Shown: positions 1-11,602, counted from the first letter of the stretch. The stretch: 32,000 nucleotides of DNA from Candidatus Saccharimonadota bacterium (GCA_042852035.1 BAAFHK010000001.1:660001-692000), one strand, 5' to 3'. Program-made: numbers and translations. The notes: generated by a model not told the origin, from the letters alone.

Positions 1-1
1 T

Positions 2-271
2 ATTTTTAACTTTACAAAGTATGGGATGTGGGTTAAGACACAGATTCTTGAGCCACTCGAAGAGATTCATGACCTATTAGAAAAAAATTCTAATACTCTA
101 GAGAGTATAGCAAAAGAATTGGATATTCAGATAAAGAACTCAATAGAGTCATCCCATAAGAAGCCCCTTGAACTTCAGAAAGAAAGAATCAAAATTCAAC
201 AAGAAAACATCAAAAGAATACTCACGATAATTGACGGTTACATCGTTAAGCTCAACTGAAAAAGGGATTAA
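2..271 (+). CDS. hypothetical coiled-coil protein, C-terminal fragment (5' end outside window)
   Basis: The frame is open from the window edge. Track ORF 26..259 ends at TGA 257-259; read as Gly it continues to TAA 269-271. The sequence is Glu/Lys/Ile/Leu-rich and heptad-like, with no recognisable catalytic motif. Confidence 0.45.
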
Positions 272-274
272 TTG

Positions 275-303
275 TTGGTTTTTTTACATGACTCTGGTAT
301 GCT
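275..303 (+). promoter_or_regulatory. possible sigma70-like promoter of the helicase cassette
   Basis: TTGGTT (275-280), a 17 nt spacer, then an extended -10 TGgTATGCT (295-303), about 20 nt upstream of ATG 324. The match is weak and the background is AT-rich. Confidence 0.25.
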
Positions 304-323
304 AATAAAGCACTCTACTTACC

Positions 324-3071
324 ATGAAATTTCAAAAGACATTTTACCCATACCAGAATGAGATTCTTTCTGTATTTGAAGAAGAAAGAAAGCGTTGAGA
401 TAAAAAAATTCATATTGTTGCTCCTCCGTGATCTGGAAAAACTATTCTTGGTGCTGAGATACTTTGTCGTATTGCGGAACCAGCCCTCATACTTGTTCCG
501 AATCTCACGCTTCTTTGACAGTGGCAGGATAAAATTGAATCACTTTTTCTTGAAGAAGGAGAAAATGCTGAAGAACTGATTTCGACAAATGCTGGTACTG
601 TAAAAAGAATAAATATCCTCACGTATCAATCACTCACAGGAACGAATGATGAAGAAGATGACGAGATAAAAAATGAGATTTATAATCTTTGGTATGAAAG
701 CGAGAAGAACGATTTTCCAGAAAAAGAAGTTTTTATCCAGTTTCTTAAAGAACTCAAAGAATCAAACCCAGATGAATATCAAGAAGGTTATGTAAAACAA
801 AGAAAAAAAATAAAGAACCGCGGTGATTCAATCAATACCAGAAAAATGATGCGAGAAAGGATTTTTGACTATATTAAGCAACTCAAAGAATATGGAGTAA
901 AAGCTCTTATCGTAGATGAGGCACACCATCTGACATCTTGGTGGTCGCATGTGCTCTACGAAATATGGAATGAATTAGATAAGCCTTATATAGTTTGACT
1001 TACGGCCACTCCACCATTCGACAATGTTGATTATTTCGAACTCGATGAAAGTTATACGAAGCTCCTTGGGAAGGTGGACTATATTGTACCAACTCCAGCA
1101 ATTGTCAGAAGCGGTAGACTTGCCCCCTATTCTGATTTACTGTATATTGTAGAACCAGATAGTACCCTCCAAGAAATTCTTAGAAAAAGAGAAGATTCTC
1201 TCGGAGTTTTTATCGAGAATCATAAAACTGAGATAAGCCAATCCCTACATGATATTCTCATAAAAGATTACGAAAACCTGAAGATAAAATCCGGAAATCT
1301 CTGCGATAAATGGATGCGATTTATCTATACCTACAAATCAGAAAGTATTGATATGTGACCGTATATCCATTGAGGAATAGACGGAAACATAAGCCTCGAA
1401 GATATAGCAAAAAGTATTGGAAAATGGGCAAATGATACCTTTAAAAAAACGAAAGAAACCTCAATATTTAATGAGGTAAAATCATTATTTTTTGACCTCG
1501 GATACATATGGAGGTGAGCAAATCTTTATCGATTTGAGACCCCCCTTGAGAAGTGACTCATCTATGCAAAATCAAAAATAGATGGTGTGAAATCTATCCT
1601 AAAAAAGGAAGAGGAGAATCTCTCAAAAGACCTCAAGTGTGCTATTATTACAGATTTTCTTGATGCTGAATCAGATTGGATAAATTGTCATAGCATCTTT
1701 GATGAACTTACAAAAGACTTTTCACACCTTTGCCCTTATATTGTATCAGGAAAAGGAATCTGGAAATACGAGAATGGAGAAAAAACTCAATGCCCCAACG
1801 AAACCATCCTCTCAGTGACTGCTAAGCTCATGAGATGAGATACAAGGCTGGTAATTGGAACAAGAGGGATCCTCGGTGAATGATGGGATTGCCCAAAGCT
1901 GAACACTCTTATAGATCTTACCTGAGTAAGTGCCTATATGAGCGTCAACCAAGTTCATGGACGAGCCATACGACTTGATCCAGAAAATGCAGAAAAAGTA
2001 GCTAATATTTATGATATCGTCTGTATTGGAAAATGATACCAATGACTGCGTGACTTCGAAAGGATTATAAAAAAACATGCGCAGTTTTATGGAGTTGATG
2101 ACTCCTGACTTGTTATCAAATGAATTGACCACATTTATCCACAGCTTGAAAAAAATATAAAAAACTTTAGCGCGATAAATTCATACACTGAGAAAAAATC
2201 GTCACTTCGAGGAATGATGAGAGAACTCTGGAGTATAGGAACAGAGTTTAAGAACGAGGAAATTTATTCCCTATCTCTCGAAATCAATAAGCCCTTTGAA
2301 ACTTACCCCATAAGTAATGATCTCGGGATGATTCTTCTTTTACAGCTTACTCCTGAAGATGTCTCAAAAGTAAACATTCTTGAGCTCTGAAAGACTCGCT
2401 ATCATACTCTTATAAGAAATCAAATTCGTAGGATAGTTGACGCGAGCATTTTGGTAATGAAGTCAGAGGAGATTATACCTCTCGATTTTACTTATAAAAT
2501 GAATCATCAAGACAGTGGAAGCATAACTATCTTAAGCGAATACAAAGACACCCTTATTTCAAAGTATTTCCTTCAAACTATAGCTGAAATCTTTGAACCC
2601 ATCACCAACCAAAAGTATAAATACCATTTCCAAAATAATATTGATGATATAATATCAAGACTCAATCTCTCTACTCCAAAAGTAGGAATACCCACATCTA
2701 TAGTAGCTACAGGAACTCTACTGTGACTCTATGGGAATATCTTTCCAACCTTCATCATGTGAGAATTTATGGTTTTTCTTTCATTCTTCGTATGATGAGT
2801 AGCTCCATTTTATGGAGCCTATAAATATTTTGATAAAAGGATACAATCTTATAAAAAAATCAAAAGTTCCTCTCTCGATTTTCCACTTCCAAGTATTCTT
2901 TCGAGTAATGATGAAAAAAGGAGGTTATTTCTTTGAAAAACAGAACCAAAATCATGGAGACTCAGGTTTTCAAAAAAAATCCCACCAGAGGGAGATATTG
3001 TACCGATTGAGAAAACAGATATCTGAAAAATACCACTCCTTTCTGCAAAAATTGAAAAATTATGGATATAA
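324..3071 (+). CDS. SF2 DEAH-box helicase (ResIII/XPB-like core) with C-terminal hydrophobic hairpin, 915 aa under code 25
   Basis: Frame 0 has no TAA/TAG from 324 to 3068 (checked codon by codon). It fuses track ORFs 1074..1358, 1587..1838 and 2451..2726. Motifs: YPYQ, Walker A APPGSGKT (420-443, Gly = TGA 429-431), DEAH (915-926), motif III GLTATP (996-1013, Gly = TGA 996-998) and motif VI QVHGRAIR (1950-1973). The C-terminus contains GLYGNIFPTFIMGEFMVFLSFFVGGVAPFYGAY. Confidence 0.85.
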
Positions 3072-4174
3072 ACTCTCTTATTTCATCTAGTATACGCAAA
3101 AATGGAAACCTTTATGAGATAAAGTTCCCAAATTTTTTCGGATTTGTGGAATGAGTACTCTATATGCACGACTCACTTACTATTGATTATTGCAGCGGGA
3201 TATTTGGAAAAAAGCTTGATCTTCAAGAATGGAAAAAACCTGTTGATGCTGTATTTCTCATGAGCCAAGTGTTTTGACTCATTCTCATAAGAATTATACA
3301 TGCGAAGAATCCACTAGAAGATACTATCATTGCGGCAAAAGCAGCAAAAATTGTAACATTTCAGATTCGTGAAGAGATCTATTTTTGAATACTTTACTAT
3401 ACCGAAAGATGAGAATTAAAACTTTTAACTGACTTCCATGATTCGCAAATTTTTCGTTCGAGTTTTGAAAATGGAATCTGGAGTATCTCGAATATACTTA
3501 CCGGAACAAATCTTCAATGTTTTTCATTTCCCTGCGAGATTGCTGAAGATGAAGAAATGAGAAAAGGTTCAATAAAAGAATGCTCATTTTACCTCCTTGA
3601 AGATTCTCTTTTTCCTCAAAAACACGAAAAACAATTCATCGAGTCATTTCTGGAATCAATTATCTCTTATAATGAAACAAGTCCACATATAGAACTCGAG
3701 AAGGATGGAGAAAATCTCACAAAGATAACAATCTATAAAAGGATTACCTCTTATGAAAATGATTCTTTGCTTGAAAGCAAGAAACTTATAGGAATTATAG
3801 GAAATCATCTCATAATAACTGAAGATCCTGACATTCTTCCGGACTTTCTTTCTCTTGATTCAGTTGAAAAATTATGAATTGAATCCGTTGAATGATTTTC
3901 CCTCTCAGAGGAAATTGGACTATTTAATCCAAATTGGCATATTTTACGAGTTATGCTTCTGGAACTCTGATATCTTGTTTATTCGATAGAAAAGCATATA
4001 ATGCTTACAAGAAATTCACTCAAGCAAATAGGAAAAATTGATAGCCCCTATCTTGAAAATCAAGAATATAGAAGCAAAATAACACTTGAATGACTCGAGA
4101 GAATAAAAACTCAATATCAGATAACTCTCGAAACTCTTCTCAAAGGTATAAAAAAATCACAAAATCTCATCTAA
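3062..4174 (+). CDS. hypothetical protein, 370 aa, middle gene of the helicase/AAA+ cassette
   Basis: ATG 3062 overlaps the helicase stop (TAA 3069-3071) by 10 nt. Frame 2 is open to TAA 4172-4174 with 8 in-frame TGA (checked codon by codon) and contains track ORF 3557..3877. I recognised no motif. Confidence 0.7.
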
Positions 4175-4180
4175 TCTACT

Positions 4181-5485
4181 ATGTCACAAAATCCTACCGG
4201 CTTCGATGCCTTCTTTACTGCTGTTACTAGTTCTCCAGAATTTCGAAATGCCGTGAACAAAGACTGGAAGGGTGATTCTCTGGAGCTCCTCGAAACTTCA
4301 CTCAAGCAGATGGAAGAATGAGTCACAAAAGCTAGCGAACTCATGAATGAGTATGATAAAAAATTTACTCCTTCTCCAAATAACTGACCCAGAAGTGGAT
4401 CTTGAGATTCTACAAACCCACCAAAAACTGGAAATCCTCAAGATGAAAAAACAGAATCCCCTATCGAGATACAGCACTTCGTCAAAAAAGAAGGGAAACC
4501 TTGGGGTTTTGAAGCAGTCGCGGGAATGGATGAGCTCAAGAAAGAACTCCAAGAGAGCTTCATAAGACCTTTAAGATTTAAGTTTCTTATAGAAAAGCTT
4601 CGAAATGAGCAAAAAAATACCAATGAAACTGATCAGGATAATTCAACAGAGAAACCTGAGGATATTTCTCCTAATGAGAAGTCAAAAAACCAACTTCTTG
4701 AGAGACTTTACCGTGAGTATGAAAAGTATAAAATATCTATTCCCACTGGAATGCTCTTTTACTGACCTCCTGGAACTTGAAAAACATTTATTACAAAAAA
4801 GCTTGCCGAAGAGCTTGGGTGTGGATTTATTTCTAAAAATCTTTGAGAGTTTGGATCATCCTATCTCCATCAGACTACAAAGAATATAAAAGATTTCTTT
4901 GATGCGGCGAAAAAAGCTGCAGAAAGCGAACCAATCATCCTTTTTTTGGATGAAGTTGACTCGCTTGTTTCTGCACGAACCGATAGAGTAGATGCCAATA
5001 AAGCGGAAGAAATTTCTCAATTCCTTCAAGAATTTAATGCCCTTGAATCAGCGCCGAACCTTATTGTAATTGCAGCGACAAATCGCCCCGATCATCTTGA
5101 TCCAGCGATTCTGAGATCTGGACGTCTAGACAAGAAAGTCTATCTTTGACCTCCGGATGAAAAGGCACGAAAAGAGCTCTTTAAAATGTATATAGAAAAG
5201 GTTGGAAGACCAAGTAAGAAACTTGACTATGATGAACTTGCAAAACTCACTGATGGTTATGTCTCGGCTGATATAGAGGCTATATGCGATGAGGTTGCTC
5301 GAGATGCTTCCCGCGATCTCTTGGAGCTTGTGGATGAGGCTGAAAATGGAAAACTGAGCGAGAAAGACCTCTCCGGACATGAGATAACCATGGAAGACAT
5401 GAGAAAAACAATTTCAGAAACTCCTTCTTCACTCAAGATGGTAGACATGAGTGTATATGAAAGTTGGCTTGAGAAGATCAAATAA
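4181..5485 (+). CDS. AAA+ ATPase, classic clade (CDC48/FtsH/Vps4-like single AAA module), 434 aa
   Basis: It starts 7 nt after the previous stop and fuses track ORFs 4526..4765, 4946..5149 and 5186..5485. Motifs: Walker A GPPGTGKT (4763-4786, both Gly at 4763-4765 and 4778-4780 are TGA), Walker B ILFLDEVD (4937-4960) and a second region of homology ATNRPDHLDPAILRSGRLD (about 5075-5131). Confidence 0.9.
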
Positions 5486-5575
5486 CTACCAGGATTTTAT
5501 CTTGAAGAAGTACTCTTGAAAATATTAAGTGATATTCAATCAGACCCTCGAAATGAAGTGAATACTTATTAAAAT

Positions 5576-6412
5576 TTAAGCCACTCCATAGAATCTCAGC
5601 GAATTTTCATATATTCTATCTTCTATATCAAGGATAGATACTCCTCGAAGTTCTGCAATCTTCTCGAGCGTATAGCGAGTAAATGCTGGCTCACAAACTT
5701 GTCCTCTGACTGGTTGAGGAGCAAGAAATGGAGCATCCGTCTCTATGAGCAAACGATTGATTGGTATATTTTTTGCTGCTTCTTGGACTTTAAGAGCGTT
5801 TTTATAGGTGACGATTCCAGAAAATGAAAAGTATATTTCATTCGAAAAGTCCATAAGTTCTCTTGCAAAGCTCCAGTCTTCTGAAAAACAATGCATAACA
5901 GCTCGCCCTACTCATTCTTCTTTCATAAATTTAAGAGTGGCGTCACGTGCATCACGAGTATGGATAACAAGTGGTAAATCATATTTACATGCAAGTTCAT
6001 GCTGAATTCTCCACCAATTTTTTTGGGTTTCAATCTGCGAAATTGCCCTCTCAGTGAGTCTATCAGGGTCGATCGGATACTTTCATCACTCTGTGCCATC
6101 AAGATAATGAAAATCAAGTCATGTTTCACCTATTGCCACAATAGAATCTGCATCTGAAATAAGAAGTCTTTCAAGGGCTTCAACCAAAATAAAATCTTCT
6201 ACATCTTGTGCTGTTTCAGGATGAAGTCAGACAGTTGCATAAAACTTCCCTGGGTATTCTTTTGCAAGATTAATAGCCTGATTTGATGTTTCAAGATCGC
6301 ATCATATTTGAACCACTTTTTTTATATTTACCCTCTCCATATTAATAAGTACCTCATCTATACGAGGAAGCAAGCTATCCCAATAACAATGTGCGTGTGT
6401 ATCAAAAATCAT
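5576..6412 (-). CDS. tatD: TatD-family metal-dependent hydrolase/DNase, 278 aa
   Basis: The minus-strand frame has no TAA/TAG from 5579 to 6412 (checked). N-terminus is MIFDTHAHCYWD. Other motifs: IGETGLDFHY (Gly = TGA), LPLVIHTRDA, MHCFSEDW and IETDAPFLAP. It contains track ORF 5576..5896. Confidence 0.9.
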
Positions 6413-6417
6413 AAAGC

Positions 6418-7419
6418 CTATATTCAATGAAGTGTAATAGTGTAAATATCACCCTCAGCATTTACAAACCCGGGCAATCCATTATGAAGAAGAAATCCTT
6501 GTATCTCAATCCCTCTTTTAAGTATATTTATGGTATTTTCTTCTCGATCATAGAGAACTAAAACAGACATATCACCTTCAATATTCTGAATTTGAAGTTT
6601 TTCAATCGCTTTCTTACTAATAAATCATATTCTATATCTTGAGGTATAGTCAATATAATCGGTAAAACGAAGGTTTTTTTTCCATTCACCTCCCCTATTT
6701 TCGTAAAGTCAGTTTACTGTTTGAAGTTTGAGAAAACCATCGATTTCTGCAACTGAGATAATCCTTTCAGGATAAGGAAATTTAGTTGAAAAATTTGGAG
6801 ATTCAAGGGAATAAATATATTGCTGTCATGCGGTATTATTCGGAACAATTACAAATGAACGAGTTAGATCAATGTACGCACCCAAAAGAGACTCTTTACT
6901 CCGATAAACTGGGATAAACTTTCAACTTGAAAAAAAGCCGAGCTCACCTCAATCTCTTTTATCAGAAATAGCAATAGCCCGATTTCCTATTCAGATTCAT
7001 ACAGGAAAATATTCACTTGGAACAATACTCTCAGGATTCTCTTGAGAGTATCAAACTTTTTGCATAAGAAAGACCACAGGGAGTTGAACAATATATTTTC
7101 TCTGCTCTCCATTCTCAAGCTGAACAGTATCATTAATATCTTCTCTTCCATTCGATGATATTCGTAAAGAATAATTTAGTGGTGGGATTGGTGAGAAATA
7201 ACATGATCACGTACAAGTACTTTTATATCGAAAAACTTGATCAAGAAGAGGAAAGTTTTTGTATTTTAACTCACCATCAAGACTTACAGTAAAGCTTTCG
7301 ATCGAGTCGGAAATAAGCACCAATGAAGTAACATTTTTTTTATAATAAAACCAATATAAAAAAATTGGTCAACCAATCAATACCAAAAGAATAATGAGAG
7401 CGATAAAGCGTGAACGCAT
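6418..7419 (-). CDS. hypothetical membrane-anchored protein, 333 aa
   Basis: The frame is open under code 25 (checked) and ends at TAG (6418-6420), 5 nt upstream of the tatD start. The N-terminal anchor is MRSRFIALIILLVLIGGPIFLYWFYY. No catalytic motif was recognised. Confidence 0.7.
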
Positions 7420-7479
7420 AAAATATTGCAATTAGGAACATTATAGAGAAAATGGGGAAAACGCAATTCATAAAAGGAT

Positions 7480-8151
7480 ATGGATATTCACTTTTTTCAT
7501 AAGATCATCTCAAGCACGTCTCGATCAATTCCACTTATAATTGATGAGAATACAGCATTGCTTTGTTTAAGTGATTTTCTAGGTACTGAAATATGATCAT
7601 TTGACGACTGCAAAACTGGAAATTTTTCTAATATTTATCTCTATGAAAAAGAAGAAGAAAAAGTTTATATAACAGTGAATATTATACGTAACTGGATAAG
7701 AGATCTTTCAGAGAAACCTTACGCATGAAAAAATCTTTTCATTCTTCGGTACTTTGATGAGGCAACACATCAGGCTATGAATGCTGCACTTAAGGCACTT
7801 GAGGAGCCTCCGATTCATGCAATAATTCTCTTGGTAGTAAAGAATCCTGAAGGAATTCTTGATACCATACGATCGCGAACGATAAATATGTTTTCCTCTC
7901 AAGGATATACTCCGTTATCAAGAGAGATAGTAACTGATATTGAAGATTTTATAGAATGAAGAAGATTTCCCCTCCTTACAAGAATTCAGTCATGAAAACT
8001 TGATGAATTCACTACTATTTTAGTATTAAAATATATTATCGATAAATGACCAGAATACATGGTATCTCGTTTAGAGTCTTGCATAGACGACCTTCTCGAG
8101 GTACATGAAAGCCCGAGAAATATACTTGACAGAGCAATTATTTACATGTAA
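7480..8151 (+). CDS. holB: DNA polymerase III delta-prime-like clamp-loader subunit, 223 aa
   Basis: Contains FDEATHQAMNAALKALEEPP and ILDTIRSRT (clamp-loader sensor motifs) with no P-loop, as expected for delta-prime. It includes track ORF 7777..7959, is open to TAA 8149-8151, and shows the classic holB-tmk neighbourhood. Confidence 0.75.
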
Positions 8152-8227
8152 TATTATTAATCGATATTTATACCCCTTATAGTATAAAAATATATCAGTT
8201 TTTCTATTCCTAATGAGGAAATCTAAG

Positions 8228-8255
8228 GATTCATTTTTGTATACAAAAATGAATC
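8228..8255. repeat. perfect 28 bp palindrome GATTCATTTTTGTATACAAAAATGAATC
   Basis: Read directly from the sequence. It lies in the 200 bp holB-tmk spacer, about 45 nt upstream of a putative promoter. It could be an operator or an AT-rich hairpin terminator. Confidence 0.8.
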
Positions 8256-8300
8256 AAAAACACTTTTAAAGAAAACTCTACATAATGTGTTTGGGTTTTA

Positions 8301-8328
8301 TTGACTAGAAAGCTATTTCCACTATATT
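8301..8328 (+). promoter_or_regulatory. putative sigma70-like promoter for the tmk genes
   Basis: TTGACT (8301-8306), 16 nt spacer, TATATT (8323-8328). ATG is at 8352. Confidence 0.4.
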
Positions 8329-8351
8329 GACAGTATATTCAACCTTAACTT

Positions 8352-9122
8352 ATGCCAACACCCAAAAAAATTACGGTTTCCCAGGCAACCCCTCTAGAAC
8401 AAAAAACAAAAAAAGATATCTTTTTTTCTACCGAAGAACGTCCTGGAACTCTTATTATCGTCGAATGATCAGACGGTTCTGGAAAATCAACTCAGCTTCT
8501 CATAGCCAAAAACCTTCTTGAGTCAAATGGCTTCTTTTGCGTTCATAGTGTATGGAACTCATCACTCAAGATTCACGAAATGCAAAAAAAACTGAAGAAA
8601 TCCGATTTGCATATGCCTGCTGCAGTATTTGATATGGTGTATGCGTCAGACTTTATTGAGAGATACCTCACAGAGATGCGATGAGCACTAAGGGCAGGTA
8701 TGGTAGTTCTCTGTGATCGTTATATGTACACTGCTCTTGCTCGATGATATGCAAGATGACTAAAAATGGAACATCTGAAACCATTTTACGATGCCTACTT
8801 CCCTGTTCCAGATATGGCCTTCTACTTTCGAATACCAGTAGAAATAGCAGCACAAAGAGCTATAGGTCGAAACCCTTTGAAGCATTATGAAGCTGGTATG
8901 GATGTTCGTTACAGCGATAACATCATAGAAAGCTTTAAGAAATTCCAGACAAAGGTTATTGAGTGATATGATATTCTTGCTGAACAAAATGGAATGCACA
9001 TCATTGATGGTATAGCTCCTGTATATAAGACAACTCCTCTCTTTATCGAGAAAATTGCTGACTACTTTGAAAAAAAGTACGACGTTCAACTCATGGGAAT
9101 CCAACGTCGTTCAAAAAATTAA
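8352..9122 (+). CDS. tmk: thymidylate (dTMP) kinase family protein, paralog 1, 256 aa
   Basis: P-loop EGSDGSGKSTQ (8463-8495, first Gly = TGA 8466-8468) and a DRY-type motif LCDRYMYTALARGYARG. The frame was checked to TAA 9120-9122 and contains track ORF 8766..8966. Track ORF 8327..8521 is out of frame. Confidence 0.8.
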
Positions 9123-9159
9123 CTTCTTTTCTTGATTTTGTAATATTCACCTTCACTGT

Positions 9160-9933
9160 ATGCGTCCAAATATATCTAATTGTCATGCACTTCCTGGTTC
9201 CCTTATTATTTTCGAGGGACCAGATGGATCTGGAAAATCTACTCAAATTAAACTCCTGAAAAAACTCCTCGAGCGCGAGTGAAAGAAGGTTACCGTTTCA
9301 TCTTGGAAAAATTGCCCTATTCTTGGAGATTTTCTCAAAGAAAATGAGGGTCTAAAAAAATTCGATGAACGAGTTCTTCCTGAAACGAATCTTTTTCTTC
9401 AAGCTGCCGACTTACTCTATAGAATTGAAAGAGAAGTTATTCCAGCAATGAAAAAATGACATATTGTTATCCTTGATCGAGGCCCACAAACCCTCATAGT
9501 TCGATGACTTATGCTTGGTATGAGTAATCATCAACTCAGAGATGGACTTCTTTGGTGGAGAAATACTGTTTATAAAGAACTTCTCGATAAAAGTCTTACC
9601 ATCGAGCTCACCATAAATCTCGATGAATCACTCATACGTCTCAAAAAGCGCGCACTCAAAGAAGATAGAAGCCTTACAAAAGCCGAGAAAAAGGCTGAAT
9701 GAACTCTTCTAGGTCTTGATTTCATTAACTCACTCGTCTACTCTCCTGAAGGAAAAAAGATGACAAGAAATGATAAACGACAGTTCATACGAAAAACTCA
9801 AAATGATATTATAGAAAACTACAAAAAAGTTTTCAAGGAAGAAACTGGAAAATGAGTTCAACTTACCTGAGAGTGAAGCCTCAAAGAGGTTGAATACGCA
9901 CTCAAAAGAAAAGTTATTGATTCAATATTTTAA
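9160..9933 (+). CDS. thymidylate-kinase-like P-loop kinase, divergent paralog 2, 257 aa
   Basis: P-loop FEGPDGSGKSTQ (9211-9246), but ILDRGPQ replaces the DRY motif. The frame was checked to TAA 9931-9933 and contains track ORF 9511..9702. Confidence 0.7.
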
Positions 9934-9961
9934 AAAAATCCCACTTTCGTGGGATTTTTTT
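9934..9961 (+). terminator. rho-independent terminator after the tmk pair
   Basis: Stem ATCCCAC (9938-9944) / GTGGGAT (9949-9955), loop TTTC, then a T6 run. Confidence 0.7.
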
Positions 9962-9994
9962 GCAGAGAATTGATGATTCATTATACTAAACCTT

Positions 9995-11023
9995 ATGAAT
10001 ATTATTGATTCCCTAGAAAATTTTCTCACCTATTTGCGCCTCCATAAAGGACGAAGCCTGAGAACCCTTGAGCAATACGAATTTCATCTCTGGAGATTCT
10101 TTACGTTTCTTGATCCATGACTTCTCCCGAAAAAAAATCAAGACGGGATAGTTCTTTGGGATCATCGTGAAGTCTTTCTTGATTTAACTCCGGAAAAAAG
10201 GGCCATAAATCGTCAAAAAAGAATAGAACTAAAATGATCTTCCATAACGAATGTTGAAGATATCTCAAAACACGACATTGACGCATTTCGACTTGAGCTC
10301 TCAAAAGATGGACTTTCAATTAAAACTATAAATGCACATATTATAACTTTTCGATCCTGGTTGAAGTACCTTAAAAAGGAACAAGTGCCTTGCCTAGATC
10401 CGACAATTCTCGATCTCCTCAAGCCCCCAGAAAGAGAGGTTACCTTTCTTACGGATGAGGAAATAAAAAAATATTTTGAAACTATTCCGAGAAATACAAT
10501 TCAATGAAAGCGGGATTATGCAATATCAGAATGCATATATTCAACATGACTCCGCATCTCTGAGCTCACAAGTCTAAATAAAAATGATGTTAATCTCGAT
10601 ACTTTAGAATTTGCTGTTCGTGGAAAGTGAAATAAGGTTCGTGTTGTATATCTCACCGAGGAGGCAAGGGATGCAATTATTGAATACCTGAAGGCAAGGA
10701 ATGATGATTTCTCACCGCTATTTCTTCGTCATAATTTTGATGAGAAAAATATTAAGATAATTGATCTCTCAGATGAAAAAGTAAGGCTTACCCGATTCTT
10801 TATAACGAATATGGTTAAGGATTATGGATTGCGAGCATGAATATTGAAAAACTTGCATGCTCATACATTAAGACACAGCTTTGCAACAACTCTCCTTACA
10901 AATGGGGCTGATATACGTATTATTCAAGAGCTTCTTTGACATGCATCAATTACAACAACCCAAGTATATACTCACGTTACAAATCCTAAACTCAAAGAAG
11001 CTCATAAGAAATTTCACAAATAA
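9995..11023 (+). CDS. tyrosine recombinase, XerC/XerD family, 342 aa
   Basis: Motifs [21 protein letters not shown] and [16 protein letters not shown] supply the R, H-x-x-R, H and Y catalytic set. The frame was checked codon by codon to TAA 11021-11023. Confidence 0.85.
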
Positions 11024-11598
11024 TGAATCTCACCTTAAGAATACATAATTATATTCAACGATACGCCCCAAGCGAAAAAAAGCTTAGAAAATACATAAGT
11101 ATGAAATTTCATACTTATGATTTTTCAGAACTTCTGAAAGAAGTACATTTTGATGAATCACTCATGTGTGAACTTTGGATTCAAAGTTATATATCTCAGC
11201 ACCGATGAGAGAAAGAAATACATGAAAAACTCGAAAAAAAAGGATTCCCTCGTATTCTTATTGATGAAAAATTTACCCAACATAGAGCAGATATTTATAG
11301 CTGGGAGAACCATAGAGATGAAATTGAAAGAAGAATAGATACTCTACTATGAAAATGAAAATCAAAGTTATATATTTACAGAACTATTTGCTGCAAGTAT
11401 CCTTACTTTCAAGATGAAGTTCTTTGAATTATCGAATGAAAATGAGATGAATCCTGACTCGAAAAGGAATTTGAAAAAAATATGAGAAAGTATGATATTT
11501 CCAACTTTAATGAAAAAAGGAAATTTATTTCTTGCCTCATACGAAAGGGTTTCCAATATAAAGATATTCTCCCTCTTTTGGAAAAATCTAAAAAATAA
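11023..11598 (+). CDS. recX: RecX-like regulatory protein, 191 aa
   Basis: The ATG overlaps the xer stop (TAATG). It shows repeated helical modules with KLEKKGFPRILIDE and ISCLIRKGFQYKDIL, typical of RecX repeats. The frame was checked to TAA 11596-11598. The assignment rests on motif resemblance only. Confidence 0.5.
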
Positions 11599-11602
11599 GT
11601 CC

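Noticed and set aside
8327-8521. Track ORF 8327..8521 (MTVYSTLTYANTQKNYGFPG...).
   Set aside because: It is out of frame with the Tmk P-loop. The frame-0 ORF from ATG 8352 carries EGSDGSGKSTQ and continues to 9122.
9995-11023. The tyrosine recombinase as the integrase of a mobile element or prophage.
   Set aside because: I saw no flanking direct repeats, no att-like duplication of the tRNA 3' end and no phage or IS genes nearby. It sits among housekeeping genes (tmk, recX, radA), so a chromosomal Xer function is more likely.
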